Position numbers and translations under genes: made by a program
In this document: positions 38,848 to 51,251 of the stretch, piece by piece
Position numbering within the stretch: the stretch's first letter is position 1
Layout: every line of letters starts with the position of its first letter
The notes under the pieces: generated by a model
What the model was told of the DNA's origin: nothing
The model's input: only the letters and a program-made list of their open reading frames with translations
The model's database searches: none
Assembly: GCA_964016885.1 (NCBI GenBank)
Contig: OZ024741.1
Coordinates: 191,270,001 to 191,334,000, forward strand
Direction of reading: 5' to 3'
From: Eledone cirrhosa
Lineage: Eukaryota
DNA: 64,000 nucleotides

Positions 38848-39387
38848 TGAATTCAAGTCTTGAGAGGTCAAAGTTGTCTTTCATCTTTTTAAACTCAATG
38901 AATAAAGTACCAGTCAAGTACTGGGGTCGAATCTTTTCTCTCTTTCTCTCTTGAAGTAATTGGTATAAAGAAGTATATTGAAGTCAGGTATAAAGTACTC
39001 AATACACTGTATGTGGTGACAGTGTTCCTATGATGAGGTCAGGTATAAAGTACTCAATACACTGTATGTTGATTCCATCAAGAGTTCACTGTTCAAGACT
39101 AAACATACATATTGGCTTGTATGTTTAATATCCACAAAGGATGTGAACATTGGTGAGAACACTGCGAAACCTGATTTATTTCCTTATAAATTACTTTGTA
39201 ACATTTACTCTGCACTGTATTACAGACACTCCGTTGTCATAAATGTAGTGAACAAGTGCTGGCCCTTTAGAAACAGTAACACCACCTGATGTTATTGTTT
39301 ACCTGATTCAATATAAAATAAACAAAATAAACAAATGTGTTATCTTTAACCCTTTAGCATTTAGATTATTCTGTATTTATTATTATA

Positions 39388-39830
39388 CTAGCTGACTCGG
39401 TGTCGTCAAAAATGACGGCTAATTGTAATATCTATACATAATATGAAAAAAGAGATTTTTTGTTTCTTGGTTGGTTGGTTCCTTCGCGCTCACTCACACA
39501 AGTGATACAAACATACAAACACAGTCAATGTGTGTAGCCAATTCGCTACGCATATACACACACAGCTGTGATGAATCTTAGAACGCTGGACTTCTATAGT
39601 TTCTCGGCCCCTTCTTCCTCAGTCATCACATAGATGTGTGTGTATGAAATAATATTTTTTCTAGGTGTGTCTCTTTATATATAGGTATGTGTAGATGCGT
39701 GTATGTTTGTAATTCTATTGTCTATGTATCTTTCTAAATAAACTCACATAAACACATATACACTCACATAACTATTAGTGGTGATGGTGGTGTGCAGCCT
39801 CAGTTAGTCAACATTTTACATCACAAATAT
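39388..39830 (-). mobile_element. Non-autonomous Helitron 3' part
   Basis: Minus-strand gccgtca-tttt-tgacgac hairpin then CTAG at 39388-39391; other end uncertain. Confidence 0.5.
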
Positions 39831-39866
39831 ATACATATATATATTTATTTATTTATTTATATATAT

Positions 39867-40180
39867 TTGTTTTGCAAGGTTTTTGATATGAAATAGTGTG
39901 TTGAAAAATGGCGTAGACATTACAATACAATGGGAGGAAACATAATAGTACCACTGATGATGTCACAGGTGTGTGATGAAAGAACTTTGATAGACTATAT
40001 ATATTTATATCTGTATTTTTAACCATTGGTCAATCAATGATAAACATTGATTGCCAGATAAATTAACTATGGAGATATAAATGGTACAGAAGCGAAAACC
40101 AACCCAAACCAAACAGTGAGTGTTTTCTGTTATTATTTCTGGCAATATTATAACAATACGAACCTCCCCAAATATAACAA
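39867..40180 (+). mobile_element. Penelope pseudo-LTR (family 1), rearranged, with hammerhead motif 39947-39996
   Basis: Mostly reverse complement of 820-1090, with a short segment in the opposite orientation at 39867-39906. Confidence 0.65.
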
Positions 40181-40468
40181 TCACCATCATCACCATTTTA
40201 CGTCTGTTCTTCCATGCTAGCATGGGTTAGACGGGTTGTCCTGTTGTGGGCAGTGTCCGGTCGGCTGACCTTTTCTTGCTCATACGGGAACTGGTTCTGG
40301 CTTGATTTCTACAGCTGGATGCCCTTCCTAACACCAACCTCATTTACAGTGAGTGCTGGGTGATTTTTTTCCGTGGCGCCTACACGTCCACTTTGCAGTG
40401 GAATGATAGGGACTCCAGTCCTATCATCTCATTTCTACAGCTGAGTAAACTGGAGCAATGTGAAATAA
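40181..40468 (-). mobile_element. CORE-type SINE with RTE-like tail, 5'-truncated
   Basis: Reverse complement of 52440-52780. Confidence 0.75.
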
Positions 40469-40529
40469 TTTATGTATATATATATATATATACTCTTTTA
40501 CTCTTTTACCTGTTTCAGCCATCCGGCTT

Positions 40530-43260
40530 AAAGTTTAATACCAGATTAAAGTTTAATCAAAGAATCGCTGCTTTCACCATTAACGGGATCTTCTAAAACT
40601 AAAAAAGTCAATTTGTGAACGCAGAAATAAATATTTCAAAAAACGTTGCAACCGAAGGAAGACAGGAAGACGATACTTTGGTTCGTGGAAACGTTCCCTG
40701 GCAAAGAACGGAAAAAAACGAAGATAATACGTCATTATTTGCCTTTCATCCTTCCGGGGTCGATAGAATAAAGTACCAGTAATGCATTGGGTAATTGCTG
40801 GCTTTGCGCCAAAAGGCCAAAAGTAGAAACAATTATTTGGTGCAGTGAAAACAATTACACGCGAAGACAAAACCACGTTTATGGTATAAATGAAGTCGTA
40901 GACTAATATTCTATTAGATGGTTCATGGAGACGTTCTCTGGCAATGAACGGAAAAAACGAAGATAATACGTCATTATGTTTAACAAAGAGAACAATTACA
41001 CGTTACATTATGTTTAACAAAGAGACAAAACCACGTAAATGGTATAACTGAAGTCGTAGACTAAAATTCTATTTAGGAAACCGAATAATTCTCGGCTTCA
41101 GAGTTAAGAATAAAGTAAATAAAATGCAGAGGTAAATGAAATTAAAAATATACGTACACGCATCCATATACGTACATACACAAGCATACGCGAAAACACT
41201 CGCCATGGGTATGCAAATACAAGCACGTACAAAAAAAAACACAAAAAAACACACACGCACATACAGAGCCCACGCAACGCCTGTACCGCACACATACGAA
41301 CGTATACACCAAATATGCATAAAAATAAATAAAAACATATATATACACACGTGTGTGTGTGTGTGCGTGTATACATAATTAAATATATACGCATAAATAC
41401 GTATATAACGCGCGCACACACACATCCACATGTAAACATACATATGTTCACGGACGAACGTCAACCAAAACACAAAGTACACATATACACACACCCTACA
41501 TACGTACGAACCCGCATACTCACACATACGCAAAACTCACGTATACACATAACCAAATGCACATGTACCAATATATATATAATATATACGCCAATAACAT
41601 ATACAAGCAGATATACGTATGAGAAAGTATACGTACCTTCACAAAACATACAGGTAAAATATACTTACCTAAACGAATAAGTAATGGTATTAACATAACA
41701 TATACTTAGCTACCACATCAAGACGTAAAATATCCGCGTATAGTTCGTACTATCCGTTAGGGTATAAAGTGGGGATGTAATACAGGAAAGTTTTGTGCAA
41801 TTTATGTTTACAAGCCGAAATTGCCTAAGATTTTTTGTTTAAGATGTGGTCTTTGGCGTAGAGTATTTCCAGGGCCCCAGCGGCGCAGAGGTCACATGGT
41901 TTTTTATTTCCGTTATACGATCTAGCGTCAGCTAGGATCTCCCAGTGTAACTTATATTGGGTGTGGTTGTCTTTTAGACTCAGATATAAGCTGAAAGTGA
42001 CGTCATATTCCTTCTTAAAGGGTTAAGAAAAGAATGGGTATGCATTTAAAGACGCTGCTTGAAACTATTGGCGGTTAACCCTATGTAGGCCCTACGGGAC
42101 GTGGGTGTTTCAACCTTACATTTGTAGACTATGTTACTAGAGAGGCATTTCCCGGATAGGGGGCAGTCAACCCGATTCCTACAATTACAGTTAGTACTAG
42201 CTACAGGGTTGCACGTGTTCCTGCGGCTAGGTGATTTAGCTAAATTTGAAGCTGTGATGTTATGTGCAAGGTTAGGAGTCGTAGAGTTAGAAATTTTAAT
42301 GGTATTTCTATTAAAAATGTTACTATATTTATGTGCTGGGGGGAAATACTTCATAATAAGGGAGAGAAAGATCTTAGCTAAAGGTGTGGCCACCTCCATA
42401 TTAAATAGTGTGTTATACCATATAATGCGTCGGGATCTATTTTTCCTAGGTCTATTCTCGTACTCTGTATAAGCTACCTTATCGACAAATCCACTCCGAG
42501 CAAAAGCTTCATTGTAATATGTGGAATGGTTGTTGAAAATATGCTCCTTTGTAGATATACGGGAAAGCCTCAAAGAAACGTTTCTTACCAGGTTCTTGGT
42601 TATGCTGGCAGGATGGTTAGAATGCTTACTTATGTAATTAAGCGTATCATTCGGCTTTCTATATGGGTAGTGCAAGCCATTCGACAAATCAAGGGTAACG
42701 TCGAGGTAATTAACGACCGAGAGGTTGGCCTCAACCTGTATGGAGAGGTTGAAGCCTTTAAAGAAGGCTGTGAGTTCTTTTCTGAACCTGTCGCAAGCAC
42801 GTGGGCCGCTCTTTGTCATGGTCAAAAGACCGTCATCACGGTACAAACCACCGCCCACGTTGGCGAATTCTTCCTTGATAGAGAAAAGAAGGAAAAGGCC
42901 GATAAGATCAGTAACCTCAGCAGAATCGCTGGCGCCCATACTCACGTCGAATGGGGTACTATTAGATTTTTTAATCTAAATAGAGTCGTCGAAATTAATC
43001 ACCGACTTACGGGCATTGAGGATGACATCAACTTCGAAATCCTTAACCACTGTGAGTGTTTTAGCGAAATTGATAGCTCTAAGAAGATTGCAACGTTTTT
43101 TGAAATATTTACTTCTGCGTTCACAGATTTACTTTTTTAGTTTCAGAAGATCCCGTTAAGGGTGAAAACAGCGATTCTTTGCTTAAACTTTAATCTGTTA
43201 TTTTAATAAATATTTGCTCTACGGTTCTTATATATCTGATATATATTAATCCTTATCGAG
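40530..43260 (-). mobile_element. Penelope-like element family 2: 3' pLTR, RT + GIY-YIG ORF, inverted partial pLTR at 5' junction
   Basis: ORF 42046-42945: MGASDSAEVTDLIGL, LYRDDGL, NYLDVTLDL, CNC..DCPLSGKC..NIVYKC...YIGLTANSFKQR; upstream FEVDVILNA; pLTR 40530-41120 (-, with a SINE piece inserted at 40737-40835) and 43088-43215 (+). Confidence 0.87.
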
Positions 43261-43296
43261 CCCTCTTTGGATTTTAGTCTTCAAATTTATTATTAT

Positions 43297-43389
<93 letters not shown>

Positions 43390-43444
43390 TATATATTTCT
43401 AACGCAATACAGGCTATTGATAAAGGCAGGGACTTTTATTCTAC

Positions 43445-44055
43445 ACTTCAAAATATTTTTTAAAATCATGTTCACTTAAAAATAATTTTTAAATAATCAA
43501 AATATACACAGACATGTATATAATGTGAAATGAAACTGGAAGGCCCATATATATACGTGTGTGTATGTATATATATAAATGTGTGTCCTTGTATACATAT
43601 ATATATATATGTATGTGTGCGTGTATATATATATGTTGGAGTCTGTGATCTATATGCTCTGGTCATAGACACACACATGTGTATATATACACATATATAT
43701 ACACACACACTCACATATATAGACACAACAACACCACCAGCTCTCTCTCTCTTCCATTCTCTTTCTCTGTCTCCTCTCTCTCTATATATATGTTTCTCTT
43801 TCAATCTACTCTCTCACAACCACTATCTCTTTCTCTCTATCCTTCTCTCTTTCTGTTTATGATGGTACCCAGAAAACCCCATCTCGGGAACCCATGCTTC
43901 GATTTACGTGAAACTTGTTTTATTCCATTTGTATTCCCATTTCAGGGGCAACTTCCTTTCAAAGTATTTTCCCACTATGTTGCCTTTTGGCTGCATTACA
44001 TTACAGACAAGCAAGCTAGCAAGCAAGCAAGCAATCACAGAATTTTAGTAATATA
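43445..44055 (-). mobile_element. Non-autonomous Helitron-like element (copy of 17675-21625 without the insertion)
   Basis: Two blocks shared with 17708-17810 and 21270-21620. Confidence 0.65.
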
Positions 44056-44315
44056 TAGATACATAGATAGATTGCTCTTTCAAAAATATGATGACAAACT
44101 TTTGAAAGAACAACTAGCCTGTATTGCATTAGAAATATATTACATAATAAATGTATTACCTAAGATGCTATCTGAAGAAGTTGCGTTAGTGATTACATGA
44201 TGGCAACACTATGTAATTAATAATACCACAGAAATACGTATTACAACAAATTACGTTATAAAATAATTTACATCTAATGGGGATTGTTTTCATTATAGTA
44301 TATAAATATTATAAC

Positions 44316-44508
44316 GGCGGTGGATTGGCAGTATCGGTAGAGGGTCGGATGCCATGCTTTGACGTATAGAGTTACGGCCCTTGCCATTCTGAGTTCAAAT
44401 CCCGCCGAGGTTGACTTTGCCTTTCATCCTTACGGGGTCGATAAAATAAAGTACCAGTAATGCTCTGGGTAATTGCTGGCCTTGTGCCAAAAGTAGAAAC
44501 AATTATTG
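44316..44508 (+). mobile_element. tRNA-derived SINE (family N)
   Basis: A-box, B-box, core and tail as at 10291-10490. Confidence 0.85.
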
Positions 44509-44511
44509 TAT

Positions 44512-45750
44512 ATAAATATTTGGTGGGCTGTGCTATTTTGAAGGTGAAAACTATACTGTTCATCAGTTAGCTTGGATTCAACAATAACTTTGCATCTCCT
44601 TGCCAGATACTTAGCATAGACTTTACTAGGTAGGCTTAACAAGGAGATTCCTCTTTTGTTTCCCTTTTTGAAAATTGGGATTAACGCTCCTTGTGGCCAT
44701 TGTTTTGGTGCTTTTCCAGAGATCCAGGCTACCCGGTATACATGAGTCAGCCAGAGCATACCTTCTCTATTTGTGGCAGGTCTTTGAGAAATTGTGGCAG
44801 TGTTTCTAAGCGGTGTATACTTATTTCATGGACCTCAAAAAGGTATATGACCACATTCCACTTCCACAAAAGTTCTGCGGGAGTATGGAATTGATGGACA
44901 CTTTCTTATTGCTATGAAAACTCTATATGAAAGTGTTCGGATAAACCATTCTAACTCAAACCATTCAATGTGGATATCAGACTGCTTCAAGGGTGTGTAT
45001 TTTCACCTCTCCTGTTCATATTTTTCATGAAAAGGATTGAAATGTGCAGCCGGGTTGGAAGTGGTATCAAGGCTGGCAGGTGTAACATCAGTTGGCTGAT
45101 ATTTGCAGATGACAAGGTGCTACTTAACTCACCAAAAAGTGATCTCCAATATGCACTTGATAGGTTTCTTGCCAAATGATGTGCATCAGAAATGAAAATC
45201 AGTGCTGCAAAGCCATTTTTGCAAGTGATGGAAGGCAAGAAGCTGAATTAAGTGCAAGAGTTGTGGGAGCTGGTGCATTAAGATTCCAGCTTCAGTACTT
45301 GGTCATCAGAAGATGGGAGGTAAGTGTAAAAGCCAAACTTGCGATCTTCAATTCAGTATTTGTACCAAACCTTACCTATTGCCATGAATCTTGGGTAATG
45401 ACCAAAAGAATACGATTGTGAATACAAGCAACCAAACTGAAGTTTCTCTGAAGGATCGTTGGAGTAATGTTACTTGATAGGATGTGTAGCTTGGAGATGA
45501 AGAAGTTCTGGTACTATGGACATATGGTTAGAATGGCTAAGGAAAGAAGTAGTGGACAGATTTTATGGGCAAAACCAACTGGCAGGAGTGACTGAGGTAG
45601 ACCATGAACAAGCTGGTTGGATAACATCTACAAACTTAGTAGGTCGCACTTAGAGATCCAACCACTAATTTTATGACAGTTGCTTCTGACAGGACTCACT
45701 GGAAGGCATATCTAAGGACACAGCCTCCACGGCCCTCTCAGGAAGAAGAA
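44512..45750 (+). mobile_element. Old RTE (Expander-like) LINE with inverted 5' segment
   Basis: - strand 44512-44770: WLTHVYRVAW..IPIFKKG..RGISLLSLPSKVY..EQYSF; + strand: QVFEKLW, FMDLKKVYD, LQGCVFSPLLF, IFADD, LTYCHESW. Confidence 0.8.
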
Positions 45751-45826
45751 GTTGTCATTTCCTTGGAAAAGCTAAAGATTTCTCTTTATCTTACATTGTT
45801 CATATATATATATATATATATATATA

Positions 45827-47360
45827 ACTAGGTGTTGATGAATGGCTTGTGAGAGCTATACAAGCCATGTATAAAGAAACAGTCAGCAAGGTTAGAATTA
45901 ACAACGAATATAGTGAAGAATTTACCGTAAAAGTCGGTGTTCATCAGGGCTCCGTCCTTAGCCACCTCCTATTTATTATTGCCCTTCAGGCTATAACAGA
46001 GGAGTTCAAGACCGGCTGCGCATGGGAACTCCTATACGCAGATGATCTAACGCCCATAGCTGAATCAATGGCTGAACTAGAGAAGAAATTCCAAACATGG
46101 AAGCATGGCCTAGAATCAAAAGGCCTTAAAATTAATCTGTCTAAGACTAAAGTTCTAGTTTGTAGGAAGGAAAATAGGGCACTGGTCCCATCTGGAAAAT
46201 GGCCATGCTCAGTGTGTAGGAAAGAAGTAGGCAGAAACTCCATTTTATGTCCCAAATGCAAAGTATGGGTGCATAAAAAATGTAGTGGGGTCACAGGTAA
46301 GCTAACTAAGAATATAGATTTTATATGTGGCCGGTGCTCTGGTGCAATAAGTAGCAGCAAGTGCCCACAGAATACTAGTTCATTCCATTGCACAGATGGT
46401 TCTATAGAAATAGTGGACACCTTCCGTTACCTGGGTGACAAAATTAGCAGTGGTGGAGGGTGCTCTGAAAGTACAGTAACTAGATTCAGAACGGGATGGA
46501 AAAAGTTCAGAGAGCTTATACTACTATTGACCGCTAAAGGGTTCTCTCTAAAAATGAAAGGCAGGCTGTATGATGCCTGCATACAAACAGCAATGTTACA
46601 TGGCAGTGAGACCTGGGCATTGTGTGCAGACTGGAGAGGAACGAAGCTTGCATGCTCCGCTGGATGTGTAATACGTGAACGGCAAAGGATAAACGAACTA
46701 AGTAAGAAATTAGGAATAAGAGGGATCAGATGCTGTTTACTCGAGAGAAGACTACGTTGGTATGGTCACGTGATGCGCATGAAAGACGACAGCTGTATAA
46801 AAAAGTGCAGGGCGATAAAAATAGACGGTAGCCACGGAGTAGGCAGACCCAGAAAAATCTGGGACGACTTGATAAATTCCGACCTCACACACTTACTCCT
46901 CTCCAAGACAATGTCACTGGACCGAGATCTTTGGTGCTACACAGTAATACAGAAGACCCGCCTTGCCTAAGTACAAAGCGAAACCTACAGTCAGTAGGCA
47001 CCTCTAACAAAAATACACCCCCGTCCCACCACCCCCACCCCATCTACACCACCCCTTCCTATGTAAAGTTATGTTGGTACCACAACATCCAGTCTGAAAC
47101 AAATGAGGTCGTGTAGGTGTCACAACAAAAAAACACACAGTCCATGCTGTAATGTGACCGTGTAGGTAACACGGTAAAAACCTCCCAGTCCACACTGTAA
47201 ACGTGGTTGGTGTTAGGAAGGGCATCCAGCCGTAGAAAACCCGCCAGACAGTCCTATACGAGCAAGACAACCAATCTTGCCTCAAGTGGGAAAATTCCCG
47301 TCCAAACCCATGCTAGCATGGAAGATGGACGTTAAACGATGATGATGATGATGATGATGA
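45827..47360 (+). mobile_element. PHD-RTE subfamily B copy
   Basis: ORF 45849-46970 with YADD, PHD finger and thumb; (TA)n on both sides. Confidence 0.92.
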
Positions 47361-47391
47361 TATTTATATATATATATATATATATATATAC

Positions 47392-47745
47392 TTTGTTTTT
47401 GAATTTGTTTTTGCAAGATTTCTTATCTGAAAACGTGTGTTGAAACAGATATTGTTATACTTTGGGAGGGTCATGTTGCCAATAAAAACACACGCATCAT
47501 TTTAATTTATTAGAATTGGTTGATTCGATAACTGGATGGTTATTTATATATTGTCAAACCTCTTTCCTCACACATTCTGTGACCTCCTAAGTGACTAGGT
47601 TTTTATTTTCTGTCTCTTTTTTGCTCTGTCCTACACCATATATGTAATCTTGTTTATTTAAATAACACAACACACTACTTATTGAATATTAAGTACCTAG
47701 TCTGTATATGCAAGCCTTGTTCTTATGAACAAGCACACAAGAATA
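47392..47745 (-). mobile_element. Penelope pLTR related to family 1, with degenerate hammerhead
   Basis: Shares blocks with 21700-21760 and 53290-53395; gtca-CTTAGGA-ggtcaca..tgtgag-GAAA..tgac on minus at 47553-47595. Confidence 0.5.
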
Positions 47746-47747
47746 TA

Positions 47748-48025
47748 TATCATCATCATCATCATCATCAACGTTTAACGTTCGTGTTCCACGCTTGCAT
47801 GAGTTTGGACGGGAATTTTCCCACTTGAGGCAAGAGTGATTGTCTTGCTCGCATAGGACTGTCTGGCGGGTTTTCTACAGTTGGATGCCCTTCCTAACAC
47901 CAACCACGTTTACAGTGTGGGTCTGGGAGGTTTTTACCGTGTTGCCTACACGGCCCCATTACAGCGTGGACTGTGTGTTTTTTTGTTGTGACACCTACAC
48001 GATCTCATTTGTTTCGGCCTGGATG
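47748..48025 (-). mobile_element. PHD-RTE subfamily B 3' tail
   Basis: Reverse complement of 47090-47360 and 17190-17580. Confidence 0.82.
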
Positions 48026-48069
<44 letters not shown>

Positions 48070-48152
48070 ATAATAATAAATTTGAAGACTAAAATCCGTT
48101 AAGGGTGAAAGCAGCGATTCTTTGCTGAAACTTTAATCTGTTATTTTAATAA

Positions 48153-48183
<31 letters not shown>

Positions 48184-48369
48184 CGTGTGTGTGTGTGTGT
48201 GTGCGTGTGTGTGCGCGTGTGTGTGAGAGTGTATTTGCGTATGTGTTAGTGTGTGTGAATGCATGCGCATGTGTTCATTAGTTAGCACAAATCATTTTGG
48301 TTATGGACATGCTGGAGCATGTGTATATGTATAAACATGTGTGTGTGTGTGTATACATATATGCATATA

Positions 48370-48421
<52 letters not shown>

Positions 48422-49175
48422 TATGTGTATGTATATATATATATTCACATAAAAAGCACACACATAATAAGACAGAAACGTGGCCCCTATTATTCTTATA
48501 TGCACACAGACACACATCCACTCATTGGCACACACACACTCATTTAATATAGTATATATCTGTGTTAGTTGGGATGTCCTTTGTTAAGTAAACAATAAGT
48601 TGTGTGAGGGATGGTGAAGATGTTTGTCAGAAATAGCTGAAAATGAATGCAACAGATTTTAACTTCTTTTCATATTTTTTATAGTGAGCAGGGCTGAGTA
48701 GAGTAGGGTACAGGACAGGGAGGGCAGGGCAGAACAGGGGATAAAATGAAAGTATGTCAGCTTTTTTTATGTCATAATAAAATAAAAAAAGACTTATCTT
48801 CATTATGTTTTTCCCTCACTCATCTATTTCATCAGTCATGCATTTATTTCATTATAGTGTAGTTTAGGCTTTCATTCATAGCCGTCATGAATTTTATTTT
48901 CTCCCCACTAGCTTCCTCTCTTGTATCATCTCTGCCAGTCTGCCATCACCAACCAGTATTACACATACCTCAAAGGACTATTTTTATTTTAAAAAATTAT
49001 GCTGTTCTTGTTGTTCTTGTATGAATTAGAATGATTTTATAGGTCTAGCTTAATTCATGTCAACAAAGCCCAAGTTCCAGGTTTGTCAATAACCATTCCA
49101 CACAAAAGATTTATAAAAACAAAGCTTTTGATTCCATTTCCATCTCTCTCTCACTCTCTTTTCTTTTTATTATAG

Positions 49176-49565
49176 ATTGTCCACTCACCATCAGAGTTAT
49201 CACTGCAAATTCAAGACATGCTGGCACTAGTTCCAATGTATACCTCTATATCTATGGTACTGACAAAAGACAAACAAGCAGTAGCAAGATCTGGCTCAGA
49301 AACGGTAAATTTAAACGGGGCGAGATAGATGTTTTTAACATATCTGTTCCCAAGAAACTTGCTCCTGTTGATAGAATTGAAATTGGTCATGATAATTCTG
49401 GCATATCCCCAGACTGGCTCTTGGACAAAGTGGTTATTCAATGGCCTTTAATAAATCTTGAGCAAGTTTTCCCATGTAACATGTGGTTAGCTACAGATGA
49501 AGGAGATAACTTGATCAAGAGGATTCTATATGAAAAAAACACTTTGAGAAAAAGCCATGGAAAAA
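49176..49565 (+). CDS. LOXHD1: Internal coding exon encoding a complete PLAT/LH2 domain (LOXHD1-like multi-PLAT protein; symbol tentative)
   Basis: Polypyrimidine tract + tatag| acceptor, |gtaag donor, 390 nt, phase 1-1, no stop: CPLTIRVITANSRHAGTSSNVYLYIYGTDKRQTSSSKIWLRNGKFKRGEIDVFNISVPKKLAPVDRIEIGHDNSGISPDWLLDKVVIQWPLINLEQVFPCNMWLATDEGDNLIKRILYEKNTLRKSHGK, with PLAT hallmarks AGT.NV..IYG, F.RG..D.F, IGHDNSG..W.L..V, FPC..WL..D. Confidence 0.88.
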
Positions 49566-49942
49566 GTAAGTTTTAGATCTGAATTCTTTCATCTCTATAT
49601 TTTCTACAAAAACAAAAGGATATTCTGCACAATATGTACGTGTGTGTGTGTGTGTGTAAATAAGACCATTGATTACCTTAACCTGTAAAGAAAACACTCA
49701 GAAAATATTATAAACCTGCACTCATAACCTCCGCTAAACCAACCACTGACCAAACTAACAAAACAAATCAGACACACACAGATAGAACAAACAACCAGCT
49801 AGTGACTAGTAAATAAACACATAAATAAATAAATAAACACACACACACAGATGTAACACATACGCAAACTAAGCACACAACACACAAAAACAAGATGGTG
49901 TAGGACAAAACAAAGGAAAGATACAAAATAAAAACCTAGTCA

Positions 49943-51003
49943 CTGACCAGATGCTGAAAGTATCTCAGCAACTATTCCTGATGGACCGGCTGCTTTCCCA
50001 GCCTTCATATCATTAATTGCCTTACTTACTACACTGCTGCTGACTCGAAATGCTTGGCCTTCTATGGGGTTCACTTGGGGTACGGTCACTTTCTCCCATG
50101 CATTCTCTTCATTCAGTAATCTTTCATAATGACTCTTCCACGCATCTTTCTTCTCAGCACCTGTGAGGGTATCATCTACCTTATTTTCCACCACCAAGTC
50201 ACTCTCCTTCTCCCGGTAGTCTTGCTCCAACCACAGATCTCATCTGTCACCTTTAGTAGGTTACTTTTTAGGAACTCCCAGCACTCTTCTACATTGAATA
50301 TCTCTATCTGTGGTTCTTTACTGTCATAAGCATCAAGTAAAATATCTCTAAATCTGTTACTGGCTGAGGGATGTTTCAGTTTCCAGATCTTTCTTCTCCA
50401 GGTTGCCTTCTGTTTCAAAATTTGTCTAGCTCTGACAGTGAGGTCACTGACAACTAGGCTGTGTTGGGAGGTACATTCCTCACTCAGGAAGGATTTCATG
50501 TTTACAACCATCCATCTATTTCGGCCTCTGGTAAGGATAAAATCTATCTGACTAGTATGCTACCCGGATCTATAGGTGATCAGGTGGTTGTCGGGTTTTT
50601 TTTAGCTTATGTTATATATAGACAGGTCATTGGCGTCGCAGAATTCTAGAAGCCTGTAACCTTCATTTCTTCCACTAAACCTGTAGCCTCCATAGGCTCT
50701 GTAGAAACCATCACTTTGTTTTCCAATGTGTCCGTTAAATTCTCCTGCAATGAGTAAGAAGTCATTGTCGTTCATTAGAGTGGTAGTGTGCATTAGGGAC
50801 ATGAAAAACCTATGCTACGTTCGTCTGGCAACTCAGTTTGAGGTAGATAAGAGGATATAATTGTAGCTATTATTTTATTCAGGACTAGTCTGAGTTTAAT
50901 TATTCTCGCATTCACCCTGTTCACTGAGATTATCTTATCTATCCATTTGTCAGCTAATAGTATACCTACACCACCCAACCCATTGTCATTCCCCACTCAG
51001 AGA
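49943..51003 (-). mobile_element. APE endonuclease and linker region of the PHD-RTE family, degenerate
   Basis: GNDNGLGGVGILLA, IISSYLPQ, AGEFNGHIG, SQHSLVV, MKAGKAAGPSGIVAEIL (overlaps the start of ORF 12055 in homology). Confidence 0.82.
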
Positions 51004-51031
51004 AATATATATATATATATACACACACACA

Positions 51032-51229
51032 CAAGTATAGGCTGAAAAGTTCATAGGCTGACCATGAAGGATTGATACTAGAGCTGTGAAATATTGCATG
51101 CATTACTTTCAACTCTTCAATTTAATCAGTGCATTGTTTCTTTCTAGGGACTATGTTAAAAAATAAACCTCATTTGGTCATTCATGAGAGTGTCTTGGTC
51201 AGCCTATGAACCTTTCAGTCGACTCTCAT
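51032..51229. mobile_element. Tc1/mariner-type MITE
   Basis: TIRs ggctgaaaagttcataggctgacca / tggtcagcctatgaacctttcagtc around ~130 bp of non-coding sequence. Confidence 0.75.
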
Positions 51230-51251
51230 GTGTGTATATATATATATATAT

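Noticed and set aside
38983-39069. 32-bp direct repeat separated by a short spacer (CRISPR-like look)
   Set aside because: Only two units in eukaryotic DNA; simple local duplication
42526-43140. 204-aa + strand ORF and similar antisense ORFs (7019-7372, 12711-13184, 49211-49441)
   Set aside because: Shadow frames opposite real TE or exon coding strands, with no recognisable motifs
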